From: Candidatus Obscuribacteraceae bacterium
Lineage (GTDB): Bacteria > Cyanobacteriota > Vampirovibrionia > Obscuribacterales > Obscuribacteraceae
NCBI GenBank assembly: GCA_044229845.1
Contig: JBGASG010000004.1
Span: forward strand, 224,001-288,000
Length of the DNA: 64,000 nt
Reading direction: 5' to 3'
Positions 30,255 to 39,680 of the stretch are shown here, in pieces. Position numbers and translations under genes: made by a program. The notes beneath the pieces were generated by a model. That model saw only the letters and a program-made list of their open reading frames with translations. It made no database searches and was not told the origin of the DNA. Within the stretch, counting starts at the first letter, position 1; each line of letters begins with the position of its first letter.

Positions 30255-30683
30255 TTACTTGGCGGGTGGTTCGCCAAACCTTAGCAAATTGCCGTCGTTG
30301 TCGCAGACGGCGAACTCATGCATTCCCCACTCTTTAATTTCAAGCGGGGTGCGCATCTTGACGCCCTTCTCCGAAAACTCTTTGTGCAGCTCTTCAACAT
30401 TGGCCACGCGTAGATAGCATCCAGAGTTCTCGCAAATCAGCTTTTCTGCGCCGTGCCAGAGATGCAATTCGATGTAGTCGCGTTGCAAGAGCACATAATT
30501 CCCGTAGTCGCCGGTGACGTGAAAACCCAGTTTTTCGACGTAGAACTTCGTCGTTTCTTTAACATCCATAGCCGGCAAAACAGGCACAGCACGAGTCATT
30601 TCCGCCTTGTGTCGGATTTCTTGTTCGGCTGATTCGGTGGGTTCAGTTGTTGTTTGTTGTTGTTCAGTCATTAGCCTGTCCAT
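30255..30683 (-). CDS. VOC/glyoxalase family protein (bleomycin-resistance-like)
   Basis: AVPVLP...FYVEKLGF, CYLRV and WGMHEFAVCDNDGNLLRFGE motifs. Confidence 0.88.
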   Translation of the reverse strand: MDRLMTEQQQTTTEPTESAEQEIRHKAEMTRAVPVLPAMDVKETTKFYVEKLGFHVTGDYGNYVLLQRDYIELHLWHGAEKLICENSGCYLRVANVEELHKEFSEKGVKMRTPLEIKEWGMHEFAVCDNDGNLLRFGEPPAK

Positions 30684-30695
30684 TTGCTCGCTGGC

Positions 30696-32111
30696 TCAGT
30701 GTGGTGGCATCGGAATCCATACAGGCGGTGCGCCGGGGAACTTCATTTTCGTCTCTATGGCCGCATCGTCTGCGTCGTGTGGTTTGAGATAGACGTAATA
30801 GCTGTCATTTCGTTCGATGAGGTCGCTTTTTGGCTGGGCGCTGGGACTGATGAGCATTTCATTGGTGAAACGCACATGCATGTAATAGGGAAGCAGCTGC
30901 TCAAAGTTTTTCACATCGGGCTCGAGCGTATAACGGAAGAGCTTCTCGCCCGTGATCTTCTGAACTTTTTGTGCGCCGGCATCTAGAGGCTTCAGGGGTA
31001 CTTCCTGCCAGCTGGTGCCTACTTGTACGAAGCCTCTGACAGTAGGTCCCATGACATAAACCGGTTTGTCATCACTAGTGGTGTTGCGCAAGAGGACAGT
31101 TAACGTGTATTTGTTGCCTTCGTCCATCGTCAAGTCTTTGACGTCGGCAGAGATTCCGGCGTTGGCCAGATCCTCCAGAGCTCTTTGTTCGGCCGCTTTC
31201 GAATCGACGAGCGATTGTTGATAAGCGGCGACGCCCCAGTGCACACTCCATACCACCGCGAAAATCGGAATCGCCAGCAGGATGAAGCGCCCGATCAGCC
31301 GTTCGATGCCAGCTCCCAGGCTAACTCGCTCGCCGGTGGTGCCGTCAGGAGAGTTTTCGAAGATGCGGCGAATCTTCGCTGCTGCCTCAGGTGATGCGGT
31401 GCGCTCAACTTCATCACCTGCCCCGGCTGCGGTTTGAGACGTGTCCACCGACACGGCGCGCCCACCTTGCATTCGCACAACTGTGTCAGCTCGCGCCGCT
31501 ATGTCCGGATTGTGCGTTACGACAACCAGTGTCAGACCATACGACTTGTGAATACCGATCAAGAGATTGAGGATGTCGCTTTCCGTTTCTTCATCGAGAT
31601 CCGCAGTCGGTTCGTCAGCAAGCAGAATGTCTGGTGAGTTGATCAATGCGCGGGCGATCGCCACACGCCGCTGCTCACCGCCGGACAATTGACCGGGATA
31701 GAATTGTGCGCGCTCGGCCAGCCCGACTTGTTCAAGCAGTCCGCGCGCTCTCGCATACGCTTCCGATTCGCTCAGCGCCCCGCTGATCAGCCCCGGCAAG
31801 GCGACGTTATCAATCGCCCGCAGCGTCGGAAGCAGACTGGCAAACTGAAATACAAATCCGATTTTGCGATTTCTAAGATCAGCGAGGTCTCTATTGTCCA
31901 GCGACCATTGATCGACACCCGCCACCTTAACCACTCCGGATGACGGTCGGCTGATGCCGCCCAGCATCCCCAGGAGAGTAGACTTGCCGGAACCTGAGCG
32001 TCCAACAATAGCAACAAATTGCCCTTGCTCAATCTGCAGGCTAACTTGAGAAACAGCTTCTACAGCGCGTTCGCCACCGAATGTCTTGCTCAACTGATCG
32101 AGGGTCAGCAT
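30696..32111 (-). CDS. LolD/MacB-type ABC ATP-binding protein fused to a TM helix and C-terminal extracytoplasmic domain
   Basis: GRSGSGKST, FVFQF, LSGGEQRR, LADEPT and VVTH motifs; TM LIGRFILLAIPIFAVVW; GGAGG before ATG 32111. Confidence 0.9.
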   Translation of the reverse strand: MLTLDQLSKTFGGERAVEAVSQVSLQIEQGQFVAIVGRSGSGKSTLLGMLGGISRPSSGVVKVAGVDQWSLDNRDLADLRNRKIGFVFQFASLLPTLRAIDNVALPGLISGALSESEAYARARGLLEQVGLAERAQFYPGQLSGGEQRRVAIARALINSPDILLADEPTADLDEETESDILNLLIGIHKSYGLTLVVVTHNPDIAARADTVVRMQGGRAVSVDTSQTAAGAGDEVERTASPEAAAKIRRIFENSPDGTTGERVSLGAGIERLIGRFILLAIPIFAVVWSVHWGVAAYQQSLVDSKAAEQRALEDLANAGISADVKDLTMDEGNKYTLTVLLRNTTSDDKPVYVMGPTVRGFVQVGTSWQEVPLKPLDAGAQKVQKITGEKLFRYTLEPDVKNFEQLLPYYMHVRFTNEMLISPSAQPKSDLIERNDSYYVYLKPHDADDAAIETKMKFPGAPPVWIPMPPH

Positions 32112-32112
32112 G

Positions 32113-33381
32113 TCACTTACCCTCCCCATTGATCAGAACGTATGGCTCTCTGGCGGTTGCTCGCCAGGCGGGCAGCACCGCTCCGAGGGCACCCATGAGA
32201 AACGCTACGCCCAGGCAGCCAACAGCAACGAGGGACATTTCAGCAAGCGAGGGCCAGATGAAATCCACATGCAGAGAGCGCAGCAGATATACCAACGAAT
32301 GCTGAAAGCCCAGCATCAGTGCGCCGCCGATAATCAGTCCCAGCACGCCGCCAATACCGGTGGTCAGTCCGGCTTCAGTCAGCATCATCCAGACTATATT
32401 GCCGCGATGGGCACCGATGGCTTGCAGCACACCAATCTCCCGTCGTCGCTCTTCAATAATTGCTGAGAATAGGAGACTGACCAGAATCATGGATCCCACA
32501 ATCATCATGGCGGCAAAGCCCAGCAGCCCACCCAGCAATGCCGTAATCGTCTGTCTCGTAGACGTCACCAGGCTGGGACCTGTGATTACTTTGATACCTG
32601 GCACTTTGCTGAGCGCAAACCGTACTTGCTCCGGAATTGCTCCGAATGAAAGGCGAATCAGTACAGCCGACACGCGCGACTTGTCGAACTTCGGGGATGG
32701 CGCATTGTCTCCGGTAGCCTCTTTGACGATAGATTCAACGGTTTCGTACGGAGCAAATAACGATTCATCGAAGGGTCCGACCCCGCTTCGTCCGAGCTTT
32801 CCATAGATATTTGCCGGCTTCAGACATGGCTGAATTTCCTGCCCGACGGATTCTATGCGCCGACTACCGGCGATCAGTTCGCCGGGTTTGATGGCACCCG
32901 GTGCGCGCTCGCTCAACCAGTTCATGACTGTGAAATCACGAGCCGGGTCAAATGCAATCAAGTTGGTCTTGCAACCTGGCATGCCTGCCATTACGGGAAC
33001 GCGATATATAGTTTGTGGTGCTACTTGTGCAACGCCGCTCGTACGGGCAATCTCATCCACTTGTTTGAGATCTAAGCCGTCTTCAGTAGGTTGCACAGTC
33101 AGCAAAGCACTGGTGATGTTCACCATCGCCTTGGCAGGGACGACAATCAGGTCTGCGCCCATGCGGGCGAAGCTCTGTTCGGTACTTGCTTCTATGCCTT
33201 TGCCGACCAGAAAGGAAGCGAAGATCGCTGCCGTCCCCAGGGCCACAGCCAGAACCAGCATGCTGGTTCTGGTCGGGCGCCGCAACAGATTTTGGAACGC
33301 CATGCGCGCGAACACTTTGTTAGCCACAGCCCGATGACCATGGCGTGCCTCTGCGACAGCGCGCTTCACTACCGAGACCAT
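32113..33381 (-). CDS. FtsX/MacB/LolE-family ABC permease
   Basis: QNLLRRPTRT + TM1, periplasmic domain, ERRREIGVLQAIGA, GAVLPAWRA. Confidence 0.92.
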   Translation of the reverse strand: MVSVVKRAVAEARHGHRAVANKVFARMAFQNLLRRPTRTSMLVLAVALGTAAIFASFLVGKGIEASTEQSFARMGADLIVVPAKAMVNITSALLTVQPTEDGLDLKQVDEIARTSGVAQVAPQTIYRVPVMAGMPGCKTNLIAFDPARDFTVMNWLSERAPGAIKPGELIAGSRRIESVGQEIQPCLKPANIYGKLGRSGVGPFDESLFAPYETVESIVKEATGDNAPSPKFDKSRVSAVLIRLSFGAIPEQVRFALSKVPGIKVITGPSLVTSTRQTITALLGGLLGFAAMMIVGSMILVSLLFSAIIEERRREIGVLQAIGAHRGNIVWMMLTEAGLTTGIGGVLGLIIGGALMLGFQHSLVYLLRSLHVDFIWPSLAEMSLVAVGCLGVAFLMGALGAVLPAWRATAREPYVLINGEGK

Positions 33382-33389
33382 GGCACCAC

Positions 33390-35126
33390 CTATAGTGTCG
33401 TGCAGCGACTGTTTCTGAGGTGCTCGGCCTTAGTGGGAACGATCACGCAGTCGTGGTGCCCGCCGAAGTTCGGGAGGTAACCATACGGCTCCAGAGTGTC
33501 TTGCCGGAAGATGAACACACCACTTTCATAACGCTGGAATCCGCTGAATATCTGAAAGACAAACTTCCCGTCATACGAGACGGCCATCGTCTGCGCGTCG
33601 TAGCCGATGTCAGGAAACTTGTGCGTGATCTTCCACGTTTTGGTATCAACCACGCAGCAACCGCTGCGCTTCGGATATTTGTCCAGAACGGAGACGAACA
33701 TCTTGCTGCCGTCCATAGAGAAGCACAGGTGGAAGGGACAAGGGAATTCACCGACCCACTTCTCGTCCTTCACATAAGTGATCTTCTTCCAGTTTTTCGG
33801 ATCCGGATCCGACGTATCAAACACAGCCATGTTGTTCTGCTTGATGTTGTTCATCATGGTGAAGAACTTGCCATCGGGCGAGAAACCGGCTTCGTGTCCA
33901 ACGCACTTTATGTCGTCGAACTTCACTTCCCATGTGTCAGGGGCGCCGTGCAGCTTCTTCACTTCAATGTTGCCGGGAGATCCTTCCGGGTTGTGCAAGC
34001 AGGCAACCATTTCCCAGTTGGTACGATCGACGATTACCGCGCACGAAAGCATGCGGATAATCAATGCCGAGTAGCGATTGCCCGGGTGGTGCACAACGGC
34101 ATCAAGACCGGTGAGTTCCTTCACCACCTCTTTGGGCTTATCGCCGGCGCCGGGAAGCCGTCCTGTGTAGACAAAGTTCTCTCCCATCGGCACCATTTCG
34201 TATTTGATCTTGTTTCCTTTGGTTCCTTCGAGATCAAACTTGCCGAGTTCGAGGGGCTGGATTAGTCTCGTTATCCGTAGCGTTCCGCCTTTTGCCCAGA
34301 CATCTTCCAACGGTCCATCCTGATGAGTTCCCTGCCAGTCTGCCTGGAACGCCGCCAGGCAGCTGGTCTTTTTGCCCAGGGAACCGTCGGGCATCAAGGC
34401 CGGTCGATCGAAAAATGCAGCGATGTCTTTCTGCCCGTCCGCCCCGGCAAAGCCGTTGCCATCCGGATAGATTGTCGTGTGAACGCCAAGCCCCATCCCG
34501 GTGGACTCAGCTACGTTCTCTACGAGATTCATTTTCTTGCCGTCAAACCAGACGCGATATATGTTGTTGCCCTGCCCGTATTTGTCGAGCAATCCCTTCT
34601 TCTTAATGTCGGTAGGAATTTCGTAGATCAAAAGGTTGTCGCCGCCCTGAGTGGAGTTGACGAACTCGAAGCCTTTGTATGGATCGGGCGATGGATAAGC
34701 TGCGAGGTGGTGCGAGATCGGGCACGAATCCCCGTAGTTCCAGTAGCTGATCCAGGCTGCGGTTTTCGAAGTTTCAAGATCAACAACGTGCGTGCCGCCG
34801 CCGAGTTTCTCCGGCGTCAAATACATGTATCTGCCAAGATCGGCTTTCGATTGTTTAAACTGCTGCGCATTGATTGACTTGATCGAGTTGGAAACCGTCT
34901 CGACAGCTTTCTCCTTGGCGAACAAATTCAGTCCCCAGCCGAACAGCTTATCGGCTGCAATCGCAGTGGAAGCCGCTCCGCCTGCCACAAGCATGTCGCG
35001 ACGCGACAGCGTCTGCCCGTTCAACAAACGATAAAGCTCGTACTTCACCACTCGATGGAAAGACGGTTTGAACCTCGTCGGATCCGGAAGTTCCTGACGT
35101 TCCGGAAGATCGGGAAAGTCGCTCAC
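33390..35126 (-). CDS. Thiocyanate dehydrogenase-like copper beta-propeller protein, Tat-exported
   Basis: WNYGDSCPISHHLAAYPSPDPYKGFEF, TQGG, GLGVHTTI, DGQKDI, GHEAGFSPDG, FHL and GHHDCVIVP...RNSRCTTL match my recollection of TcDH; SRRDML Tat motif; GTG start with AAGGGG. Confidence 0.88.
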   Translation of the reverse strand: MSDFPDLPERQELPDPTRFKPSFHRVVKYELYRLLNGQTLSRRDMLVAGGAASTAIAADKLFGWGLNLFAKEKAVETVSNSIKSINAQQFKQSKADLGRYMYLTPEKLGGGTHVVDLETSKTAAWISYWNYGDSCPISHHLAAYPSPDPYKGFEFVNSTQGGDNLLIYEIPTDIKKKGLLDKYGQGNNIYRVWFDGKKMNLVENVAESTGMGLGVHTTIYPDGNGFAGADGQKDIAAFFDRPALMPDGSLGKKTSCLAAFQADWQGTHQDGPLEDVWAKGGTLRITRLIQPLELGKFDLEGTKGNKIKYEMVPMGENFVYTGRLPGAGDKPKEVVKELTGLDAVVHHPGNRYSALIIRMLSCAVIVDRTNWEMVACLHNPEGSPGNIEVKKLHGAPDTWEVKFDDIKCVGHEAGFSPDGKFFTMMNNIKQNNMAVFDTSDPDPKNWKKITYVKDEKWVGEFPCPFHLCFSMDGSKMFVSVLDKYPKRSGCCVVDTKTWKITHKFPDIGYDAQTMAVSYDGKFVFQIFSGFQRYESGVFIFRQDTLEPYGYLPNFGGHHDCVIVPTKAEHLRNSRCTTL

Positions 35127-35202
35127 GGCTGCACCCCTTTGCGTGTGTTGGAAGACGGAGACAACGTCTTCTAGAAGGGTGTGATTCTAAGCCATTGGAA
35201 AC

Positions 35203-36501
35203 TTACTCAGATGCAACCGCAGGGCCTTTTCCGTGCTCGTCGAAATTCCACTCTTTGTCCGCTTCGACCGTGCTCAATCCAAGATGCTCGTAAATGAGCC
35301 CAGCGCCGCCCTTGCTGACGAACACCGACAGTCTCGTGTCGTCAATCTCCCAGGTGTAATTCTGGTTGTTGGGGAATATCGATGCATGCGGCTCACCATA
35401 AATTCGGCGTGCCTGCTCAAGCATGTGCTCTACGTCACCTTTCACAAAAGCCTGCACCGAGCGAAGTCTGAAAACCCCTTCGTCCATGCAAAACTTCGCT
35501 GTCGGCTGCCCTCGCTCTATATAGGTGACGCCCGGCCACGGCGGTTGCGCATTGGCAAGCTGAAACTCCCTTGTTATGCCAGGGTAGCGTGAGGCGAGTT
35601 CGATCCACCTGATTTCTTGTGCATCCATGATGTCGCGCGTGCGCCGCGCCGATGCACCCAGCGGCACCTCGCCAAAAGCGACACCGTCGTGTTGTTCGTA
35701 ATCGTGCGGACATTCGTTGATCATTGCCGCATCTCCGCGGACGACCCAGCTCGGCGAGCTGGCACTGCATACGGTGGCATCGGTCCGCAGCGCCACTGCT
35801 TCCCATTCGCCAGCGGCCGCCACCAACTGCTGGACGTAGAGATTGCGTAATGGTTTGTATTCCCAGACCACCTCAGCGGTGTTGGCATCGATGGTCCGCA
35901 GAGTGACGTCTGTACATCCCTTGCACCAACGACTGACGGACCCCTCCTGTTGCGGCTTACCGAAATCATAGGTGAATGACCAGATAGCATGAGAGATGTC
36001 GCCTCGAATCAATCCGGAAATTTTGTAGAGGCGAAACACGTTTGCGTCATTGACGAAGTGCTCGCGAGGAGGCGCGGTCCATTGACACGTGCCGCCGGTC
36101 GGTGATGGGAAATAAGGCAAGGTCACTTCTCTGAGAACGCGCGGAAAGGGCACGTTCTCCACCGGCATCCAGCCGGTTTCGTGCACGCCGGACATTACCT
36201 TGGTCTGCGCCGCCGAACACCCCAACTGAATTCCAATAACTCGAATGCCGTCGTAGTTTTCGTCGTAGTCATCGGTGCGAGTCTTCTGCATCGCACTGTC
36301 GGTCGACAGGCGTGCCTTTCGCAACAGCTCCCGGCGCCAGGGCGGCGTGTTTTCATCGACCGCAAACGTTTGCGGATTGCGCACTGCCGCCGCCACCGAT
36401 TTAGCTGATAGGTCGGCATCGCCGGCACTGCAAGCGCCAAGCAATGACGTCGAAATGACAAACGCGAGCAAGTAGATGCCCGGGCGCAAGTTCCACGGCA
36501 T
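35203..36501 (-). CDS. Hypothetical lipoprotein with two tandem homologous domains
   Basis: Lipobox LGA|C; internal duplication (YDGIRVIGIQLG..FRLYKI..GD vs HDGVAFGEVPLG..FRLRSV..GD). Confidence 0.65.
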   Translation of the reverse strand: MPWNLRPGIYLLAFVISTSLLGACSAGDADLSAKSVAAAVRNPQTFAVDENTPPWRRELLRKARLSTDSAMQKTRTDDYDENYDGIRVIGIQLGCSAAQTKVMSGVHETGWMPVENVPFPRVLREVTLPYFPSPTGGTCQWTAPPREHFVNDANVFRLYKISGLIRGDISHAIWSFTYDFGKPQQEGSVSRWCKGCTDVTLRTIDANTAEVVWEYKPLRNLYVQQLVAAAGEWEAVALRTDATVCSASSPSWVVRGDAAMINECPHDYEQHDGVAFGEVPLGASARRTRDIMDAQEIRWIELASRYPGITREFQLANAQPPWPGVTYIERGQPTAKFCMDEGVFRLRSVQAFVKGDVEHMLEQARRIYGEPHASIFPNNQNYTWEIDDTRLSVFVSKGGAGLIYEHLGLSTVEADKEWNFDEHGKGPAVASE

Positions 36502-36648
36502 AAGCAATTCCTGACTGTCGGTCTAGTTAGTAAAGCAACGCGAGAAAGTGCATTGCACTGCCAGATTACAGGAAGCCGCCACATCGGGGACAGCACATCA
36601 TCCCGACAGACTTCCAGTGTTTCCCCCAGGTTTCAGGTGCAAGCAACC

Positions 36649-38028
36649 TCAGTGCGGCAGTCCGAATGCGTAGTAGACCAGACAGAGAAGCGCCAGCACA
36701 TAAGCTCCCGACTTCACTTCTCGAACCCTGCCGACCAACAGTTTGAACAGTGGGTGCAGGATCAGTCCAGCGGTCAATCCGTTGGCGATGTTGTAGCTGA
36801 AAATCATGACGATGATGGTGGCAAAAGCCGGCACAGCCTCCGACAAGTCGTCGAAGTCGACTTTGCGAATCGACTGCAACATCAATAATCCGACTGCCAT
36901 CAATGCTGGTGCATAGGCAAATTTCAAACTCTGCAGCGGCTCGAAAAGCGGAATGAAAAATATCGAGAGGAGAAACAAGAGCCCCACCACAACGGCGCAC
37001 AAACCGGTGCGCGCCCCTTCCTGAATGCCTGCAGCCGACTCGATGAAAGCGCCGCTGGTCGATGATCCAATCAACGCGCTCAACATGCAGGAAGCCGAAT
37101 CGACAACCATCGGTTTTTCAATCTCAGGAAAGTTTCCTTCCTCATCCAGCATGTTGGCGGCAGAACCCAGCCCCACCAGCGTTCCCAACGTGTCGAGGAA
37201 AGACATCAGAAACAGCGTCAGCAATATCGGCAAAAAGGAAACTTGCAAAACGCCTGCAATGTCCAGCTTTCCGGCAATCGGCTCTAATGTGTAGACACCC
37301 TTGAATGGCAGGTCGACCACCGCAGTTGGTGCCTTCGCGTAACCAAGCAAAACGCCGATTACCGCATTAACCACAATGCCGATTAAGATTGCGCCCCGCA
37401 CTTTCTTGTAGAGCAGCACGCTCATCAGCAAGAAACCAAAAACGGCCAGCAAAACTTCGGGGCTGTGGAAATTGCCGATCTTGAGCGGTACATCCGGCGC
37501 CCGCAGAAATTCGCTGTTGGGCAACATCAATGCGGCAGCAGGCATGCCGGCAGCGGCACTGGTGACGATGCCGGTTTCGTACAGTCCGATAAAAGTGAGA
37601 AACAAGCCGATGCCCGCGCCAAAAGAATGCTTCATGCTTTGCGAAACGGCATTAGCAAGCCATGGTCGCAGTCGCAATACCGAGAGCAAAAGAAACAGAA
37701 CACCGCTCACGAACACCGCACCCAGTCGCTGCTGCCAGCTGATGTGCATGGCAGCAAGCCCGAAAGCGATGAAGGCGTTCTCCCCCATATATGGTGCCAC
37801 CGCAATCGGACGATTGGCATAGAATCCCATCAGCAAACAACCAAATACCGCGGTGCAAATGGTTGCCACCGTCGACGGTCCGACCGGGATGCCGGCAAAA
37901 CTGAGAATGGCCGGATTGACAACGATGATGTACGCCATGGTGACGAACGTCGTCAGACCGCCCAGAATCTCTGTTTTGACGGTGGAGTTGTTGACGGAAA
38001 TCTTGAACAGCTTCTCGAGGAGATTCAC
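36649..38028 (-). CDS. NCS2/AzgA-family purine permease
   Basis: TEILGGLTTFVTMAYIIVVNP, APYMGENAF, FLDTLGTL and IESAAGIQEGARTG motifs. Confidence 0.94.
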   Translation of the reverse strand: MNLLEKLFKISVNNSTVKTEILGGLTTFVTMAYIIVVNPAILSFAGIPVGPSTVATICTAVFGCLLMGFYANRPIAVAPYMGENAFIAFGLAAMHISWQQRLGAVFVSGVLFLLLSVLRLRPWLANAVSQSMKHSFGAGIGLFLTFIGLYETGIVTSAAAGMPAAALMLPNSEFLRAPDVPLKIGNFHSPEVLLAVFGFLLMSVLLYKKVRGAILIGIVVNAVIGVLLGYAKAPTAVVDLPFKGVYTLEPIAGKLDIAGVLQVSFLPILLTLFLMSFLDTLGTLVGLGSAANMLDEEGNFPEIEKPMVVDSASCMLSALIGSSTSGAFIESAAGIQEGARTGLCAVVVGLLFLLSIFFIPLFEPLQSLKFAYAPALMAVGLLMLQSIRKVDFDDLSEAVPAFATIIVMIFSYNIANGLTAGLILHPLFKLLVGRVREVKSGAYVLALLCLVYYAFGLPH

Positions 38029-38465
38029 CGCAAGTTCATCTCGAGCCGATCCAGAGCCTGATTGATGATGCTCAGCAACTCGTCCAGTTCTTCCGGCACG
38101 TTCAAAGCTTCGTAGATGGCTTCGGCTGCATTGGTGTCTGATTCAGGCTGGGACGCCCAGTAGACACAGGAAGCCGCGCGAGCTTGACTGAAATACACAG
38201 CCGATTGTTCGGGGTCGGCTTCGCGAGTCTGGAAGTATTGTTCGTCCAACGAATCGGCAACGCCACGCAGCCAATCGCGATCTTCGTCGCTGAATTCCTG
38301 ACGCATGACCAGCAACTCAAAAGACTGCATAATCGCCAGGTCTTCGATTCCGCTCACACGCACCGCATACTCGCAGGCATGCAAAACAGCCGCCCAACGT
38401 GCATCCGAAGTTGCTATCTGCAACTTTTCCCAGAGCCTTGGTTCGCTTTGCTGTAGCCTGTTCAT
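38025..38465 (-). CDS. Hypothetical all-helical protein
   Basis: 146-aa ORF overlapping the permease start by 4 nt; LDEQYF, FSQARAA and AAEAIYEA segments. Confidence 0.7.
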   Translation of the reverse strand: MNRLQQSEPRLWEKLQIATSDARWAAVLHACEYAVRVSGIEDLAIMQSFELLVMRQEFSDEDRDWLRGVADSLDEQYFQTREADPEQSAVYFSQARAASCVYWASQPESDTNAAEAIYEALNVPEELDELLSIINQALDRLEMNLR

Positions 38466-38491
38466 GATTGTGGGCGCGTTAGTGCTGATTA

Positions 38492-39586
38492 CTAACCAAT
38501 GATCTCAGCCGCAATTTCCGTGCTGCCTGGAACAGCGGCAATTCTATCAACATTCTGACTATCTACGGCCGGAACTTGAAAATCATGTTGCTGCGCCTGT
38601 TCGGCAAGCGTCCGCTGCGCCTGTGATTGCTGCGCTTTCCAGCGTTTGAAAGCCGCACCCAGTGTCTCAGCGACTACATAAGTGGGGCGAGCCCGCACTT
38701 CATCGAGCACCTTGGACAGATAGGCGGCGATGCACCCCATGCAAAGGATCTGCAATCCGGCGAAAGCGCCCACAGAGAGGGCAAGAGCGATATTGTCAAA
38801 AGCCGGTCTGCCGGCCTGGGTCTGCAAAACCACCCAACTCACCAGGGCGAAAACGCAAACCGCCAGTAGCGTCGAGCCGATGGTGGAAATTAGATAGAGG
38901 GGCGAGCTGCTGAAGCCAAGCAGTCCATCCAGCGCCAGGGTGAAGAGCTTGCGGAGGGTGTAAGTGCTTTCTCCTACTTCGCGCGCACCGCGGTCGATAG
39001 GAATACCGATCTGTTTGAAGCCGAGCCAGGGAATCTGTCCGCGCAAGAAGCGGGTCTTCTCCGGCATGCTCTGCAGCGCTTGCACCACTTTGCGGTCTAT
39101 CAAGCGAAAATCGCCTGTGTCCCACGGAATGCGCACCGACGAGAATGCGCCGAGAACACGATAGAAAAGAAAGGCCGAAAACCGCTTCATGAACCGATCG
39201 CGGCGAGCCAGACGTTGCGCATAGACGACATCGTAGCCTTCCTGCCACTTCTGCACCATTTCCGGTATCAGCTCGGGCGGGTCTTGCAGATCGGAGTCGA
39301 TGTTGACGACGGCAGCGCCTTCGGCATAATCGAAGCCGGCAGAGATGGCGGCTTGCTGCCCGAAGTTGCGAGACAGCACAACCAGTTTGACATGGTCTAC
39401 CTGGCGAGCCAGCTGGACCAGCGCATCGCTGGTTTTGTCGCGACTGCCATCATTGACGAAAATTACTTCGTAAGACAGGCGCAGCGGGGACAGCACCTTC
39501 CAGAGGCGCTCCAGCATTGCTACTAAATTGCGCGGGTCCTCGTTGTAGACCGCAACGACAATGGACAGGTCAACAGTCATAACCAA
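38492..39586 (-). CDS. GT2 polyprenyl-phosphate glycosyltransferase (GtrB/YkoT-like)
   Basis: VNDGSRD, SRNFGQQAA, DSDLQDPPELI, DTGDFRL and RPTYVV motifs; two C-terminal TMs. Confidence 0.93.
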   Translation of the reverse strand: MVMTVDLSIVVAVYNEDPRNLVAMLERLWKVLSPLRLSYEVIFVNDGSRDKTSDALVQLARQVDHVKLVVLSRNFGQQAAISAGFDYAEGAAVVNIDSDLQDPPELIPEMVQKWQEGYDVVYAQRLARRDRFMKRFSAFLFYRVLGAFSSVRIPWDTGDFRLIDRKVVQALQSMPEKTRFLRGQIPWLGFKQIGIPIDRGAREVGESTYTLRKLFTLALDGLLGFSSSPLYLISTIGSTLLAVCVFALVSWVVLQTQAGRPAFDNIALALSVGAFAGLQILCMGCIAAYLSKVLDEVRARPTYVVAETLGAAFKRWKAQQSQAQRTLAEQAQQHDFQVPAVDSQNVDRIAAVPGSTEIAAEIIG

Positions 39587-39680
39587 TCTGGTCTTAACAT
39601 CTCAACAACCCCGCCATTGTCCTTGGTGATCGAGACAAAGATCAACATGACAATCCTAATTCTTAGACTAACGTTATCCG

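Noticed and set aside
33390..35126. Calling this a bona fide thiocyanate dehydrogenase or a nitrous oxide reductase
   Set aside because: One Cu-ligand His is Gln, and there is no CuA domain or nos genes.
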